Shown here: piece by piece, positions 61,945 to 63,915 of the stretch
How the letters are laid out: every line of letters begins with the position of its first letter
Position numbering within the stretch: the first letter of the stretch is position 1
NCBI GenBank assembly: GCA_027067555.1
Contig: JAMOVU010000009.1
Span: forward strand, 1 to 63,915
Length of the DNA: 63,915 bases
Direction: 5' to 3'
DNA from: Candidatus Aminicenantes bacterium
GTDB taxonomy: Bacteria; Acidobacteriota; Aminicenantia; JAMOAD01
Position numbers and translations under genes: made by a program
The notes under the pieces: model-generated
Told to the model about the DNA's origin: nothing
Databases searched by the model: none
Seen by the model: only the letters and a program-made list of their open reading frames with translations

Positions 61945-63212
61945 CAGAAAAGCTTGAGAATAAAATATTTGAGCCCCTTTTTAGTATTGAAGGTATAGAG
62001 AATATAGAAGTTTACGAAGAACACGGAGGCTATAAGGCTTTAAGAGAAGCCCTTAAAATGAAAAGGGATGAAATAATAGAAGAGGTTAAAAATTCCAATC
62101 TCAGAGGTAGAGGAGGAGCGGGCTTTCCTGCTGGTATGAAGTGGAGCTTTATGCCTATGGATGATAAGATTGAAAAATTTCTTATTGTGAATGCTGATGA
62201 AGGTGAGCCGGGAACCTTTAAAGATAAATACATATTGAGCAGATTACCCCATCTTTTGATAGAGGGAATGGCAATAACAGCGTATGCCGTGGGAATAAAA
62301 AAAGGCTATATTTATATAAGAGGGGAATACGAAGAGTATGCTCGAATTCTTGAAAAAGCCATAGAGGAAGCAAGAAGAAAGAAATACATAGGTAAAAATA
62401 TACTTGGGGAAAAGTTCACATTTAATATTGTTGTTCACAGAGGGGCGGGAGCATATATATGCGGAGAGGAAACAGCCCTTATTGAATCTCTTGAAGGAAA
62501 AAGAGGTCATCCGAGATTAAAACCTCCTTTTCCTGCCAATGCGGGACTTTACGGAAAACCAACCTTAATAAACAATGTTGAAACAATAGCCTCAATTCCC
62601 GCAATAATTAAAAACAAAGGTTTTTGGTTTGCTTCCCTTGGTAGTCAAAAAAATGGAGGTACAAGGCTTTTCGGTGTTTCGGGAAAGGTTAACTCTCCGG
62701 GAATTTATGAGCTTCCGATGGGAACAAATTTGAAAGAAATCATTTATAATTATGCAGGTGGTATTAAGAAAGATAAAAAGCTTAAAGCGGTTATTCCCGG
62801 GGGAATTTCAGCGCCGATTTTAAAAGCTGATGAGATAGATATTCCTATGGATTTTGATTCATTGATGAAAGCAGGCTCAATGTTGGGTTCAGGCGCTATA
62901 ATGGTCTTTGATGAAGATGATTCAATGTTGGAAGTTTTGAGAATTATGATAAACTTTTATCATCACGAAAGCTGCGGTCAATGTGCTCCCTGCAGATATG
63001 GGACGGATGTGATTAAAAAACTTGTTGATAAAATTTTAAATAAAGAGGCAACAGAAGAGGATATTGATTTGATCATCCAAACAGCTCAGTCGATTATTGG
63101 AAAAACAATTTGTCCTTTCGGAGATGCGGTGGGAATGGCAGTTGGAACGCTTGTTAGAAAGTTTAAGGATGAAATCCTTGATTTTTTGAGAGAGGAAAAT
63201 GCCGAAAGTTAA
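61941..63212 (+). CDS. nuoF: NADH-quinone oxidoreductase subunit F
   Basis: LRGRGGAGFP, NADEGEPGTFKD, GAGAYICGEETAL, NNVET, ESCGQCAPCR, TICPFG. Confidence 0.97.
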   Translation: MTEKLENKIFEPLFSIEGIENIEVYEEHGGYKALREALKMKRDEIIEEVKNSNLRGRGGAGFPAGMKWSFMPMDDKIEKFLIVNADEGEPGTFKDKYILSRLPHLLIEGMAITAYAVGIKKGYIYIRGEYEEYARILEKAIEEARRKKYIGKNILGEKFTFNIVVHRGAGAYICGEETALIESLEGKRGHPRLKPPFPANAGLYGKPTLINNVETIASIPAIIKNKGFWFASLGSQKNGGTRLFGVSGKVNSPGIYELPMGTNLKEIIYNYAGGIKKDKKLKAVIPGGISAPILKADEIDIPMDFDSLMKAGSMLGSGAIMVFDEDDSMLEVLRIMINFYHHESCGQCAPCRYGTDVIKKLVDKILNKEATEEDIDLIIQTAQSIIGKTICPFGDAVGMAVGTLVRKFKDEILDFLREENAES

Positions 63213-63915
63213 GATAAAGATTAATGACAGAGAGTATGAGGTAGAGCAAGGATTAACAGTCCTTGAAGCTGCCGGAAGAGTGGGTATAGAGATTCCGCAC
63301 TTTTGTGCTCATAAATACCTTAAACCTGCCGGTCTTTGCAGAATGTGTCTTGTAGAGATAAAGGGTGCAAGAAAACTTCAGACATCCTGTACAACGCCGG
63401 TGAAAGAGGGAATGGAAGTTTATACTGAGAGTGAAGCTGTTGTCAAAGCAAGAAAGGAGATTTTGGAACTTCACCTTGCAAATCATCCGCTTGACTGCCC
63501 TGAATGTGATCAGGCAGGTGATTGTTATCTGCAGAAGTATTATGATAAATACGGGCTTTACGAAAGAAGATTTTACATAGAAAGAACCCATTTTGAAAAG
63601 GATATTATTTTATCCGATAATTTAATTCTTGACAGGGAAAGATGTATTCTCTGTCAGAGATGCGTAAGGTTTGCAGAGGAGATTTTGGGAGAAAAACTTT
63701 TAGCTGTTTTTGAAAGGGGAAGCAAAAGCTATATATCCACATATGATAATGAAAAAATTGATACTCCATATTCCGGAAACTTTGCTGAAATCTGTCCTGT
63801 GGGAGCCATTACTGACAGAAGATTCAGGTTTAAAATAAGAAACTGGTTTCTTGAAAAGAGAGAAAGTATCTGTCCTCTTTGTGAAAGAGGTTGTAATATC
63901 TATGTTGAAACACCA
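63199..63915 (+). CDS. nuoG: NADH-quinone oxidoreductase subunit G (partial, runs off the window end)
   Basis: Not in the ORF track. Manual translation: MPKVKIKIND...IPHFCAH...GLCRMCLVE...SC...NHPLDCPECDQAGDCYLQ...RCILCQRCVRF...EICPVGAI...SICPLCERGCNI. Confidence 0.95.
   Translation, partial: MPKVKIKINDREYEVEQGLTVLEAAGRVGIEIPHFCAHKYLKPAGLCRMCLVEIKGARKLQTSCTTPVKEGMEVYTESEAVVKARKEILELHLANHPLDCPECDQAGDCYLQKYYDKYGLYERRFYIERTHFEKDIILSDNLILDRERCILCQRCVRFAEEILGEKLLAVFERGSKSYISTYDNEKIDTPYSGNFAEICPVGAITDRRFRFKIRNWFLEKRESICPLCERGCNIYVETP

Noticed and set aside
58869-63915. Group 4 NiFe-hydrogenase instead of complex I
   Set aside because: The D subunit lacks Ni-binding CxxC motifs, NuoB has the tandem CC, and the order is nuoA-B-C-D-E-F-G.

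Overview
A 63.9-kb, AT-rich (roughly one-third GC by eye), very gene-dense core-chromosome segment from the replication-origin region of a diderm, LPS-producing bacterium (lpxB, kdsA/B/D). Its Lys/Glu-rich proteins suggest a thermophile, but the taxonomy cannot be fixed from the sequence alone. Left to right: recF(partial)-dnaN-dnaA with oriC-like elements; dsbD-trx and two CPA-type antiporter genes; remA-gmk-coaBC-udg-priA; split metH; hrcA-grpE-dnaK-dnaJ-rsmE-kinase-radC; pseudopilin-lpxB-arsC; an ~18-kb almost gap-free run from rpmH through rnpA, yidD, yidC, jag, mnmE, mnmG, rsmG, parS, parAB, bactofilin, kdsB, pyrG, kdsA, kdsD, moaA, moaC, a beta-CASP RNase and purM to tldD; a minus-strand block (tlyA, nadK, three GT4 genes, M1 peptidase, mscS, DUF763, AIM24); a DHH-like/YgjP pair; nnr-tsaE-lepB; and nuoA-G (nuoG truncated by the window edge). 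I found no mobile element, CRISPR array, rRNA or tRNA. The most notable observations are: (1) a DHH-like phosphoesterase with its motifs in permuted order, translationally coupled to a YgjP/DUF45 protein; (2) a Hanks-type kinase with a Src-like HRDLRxxN catalytic loop inside the dnaK operon; (3) several apparent pseudoenzymes (PriA, one GT4, RsmG, one antiporter); (4) recurrent leaderless-type promoters; (5) local over-representation of CCGG; (6) dnaA and rpmH separated by ~21.7 kb. All family calls come from motif recognition by eye; no database search was run.
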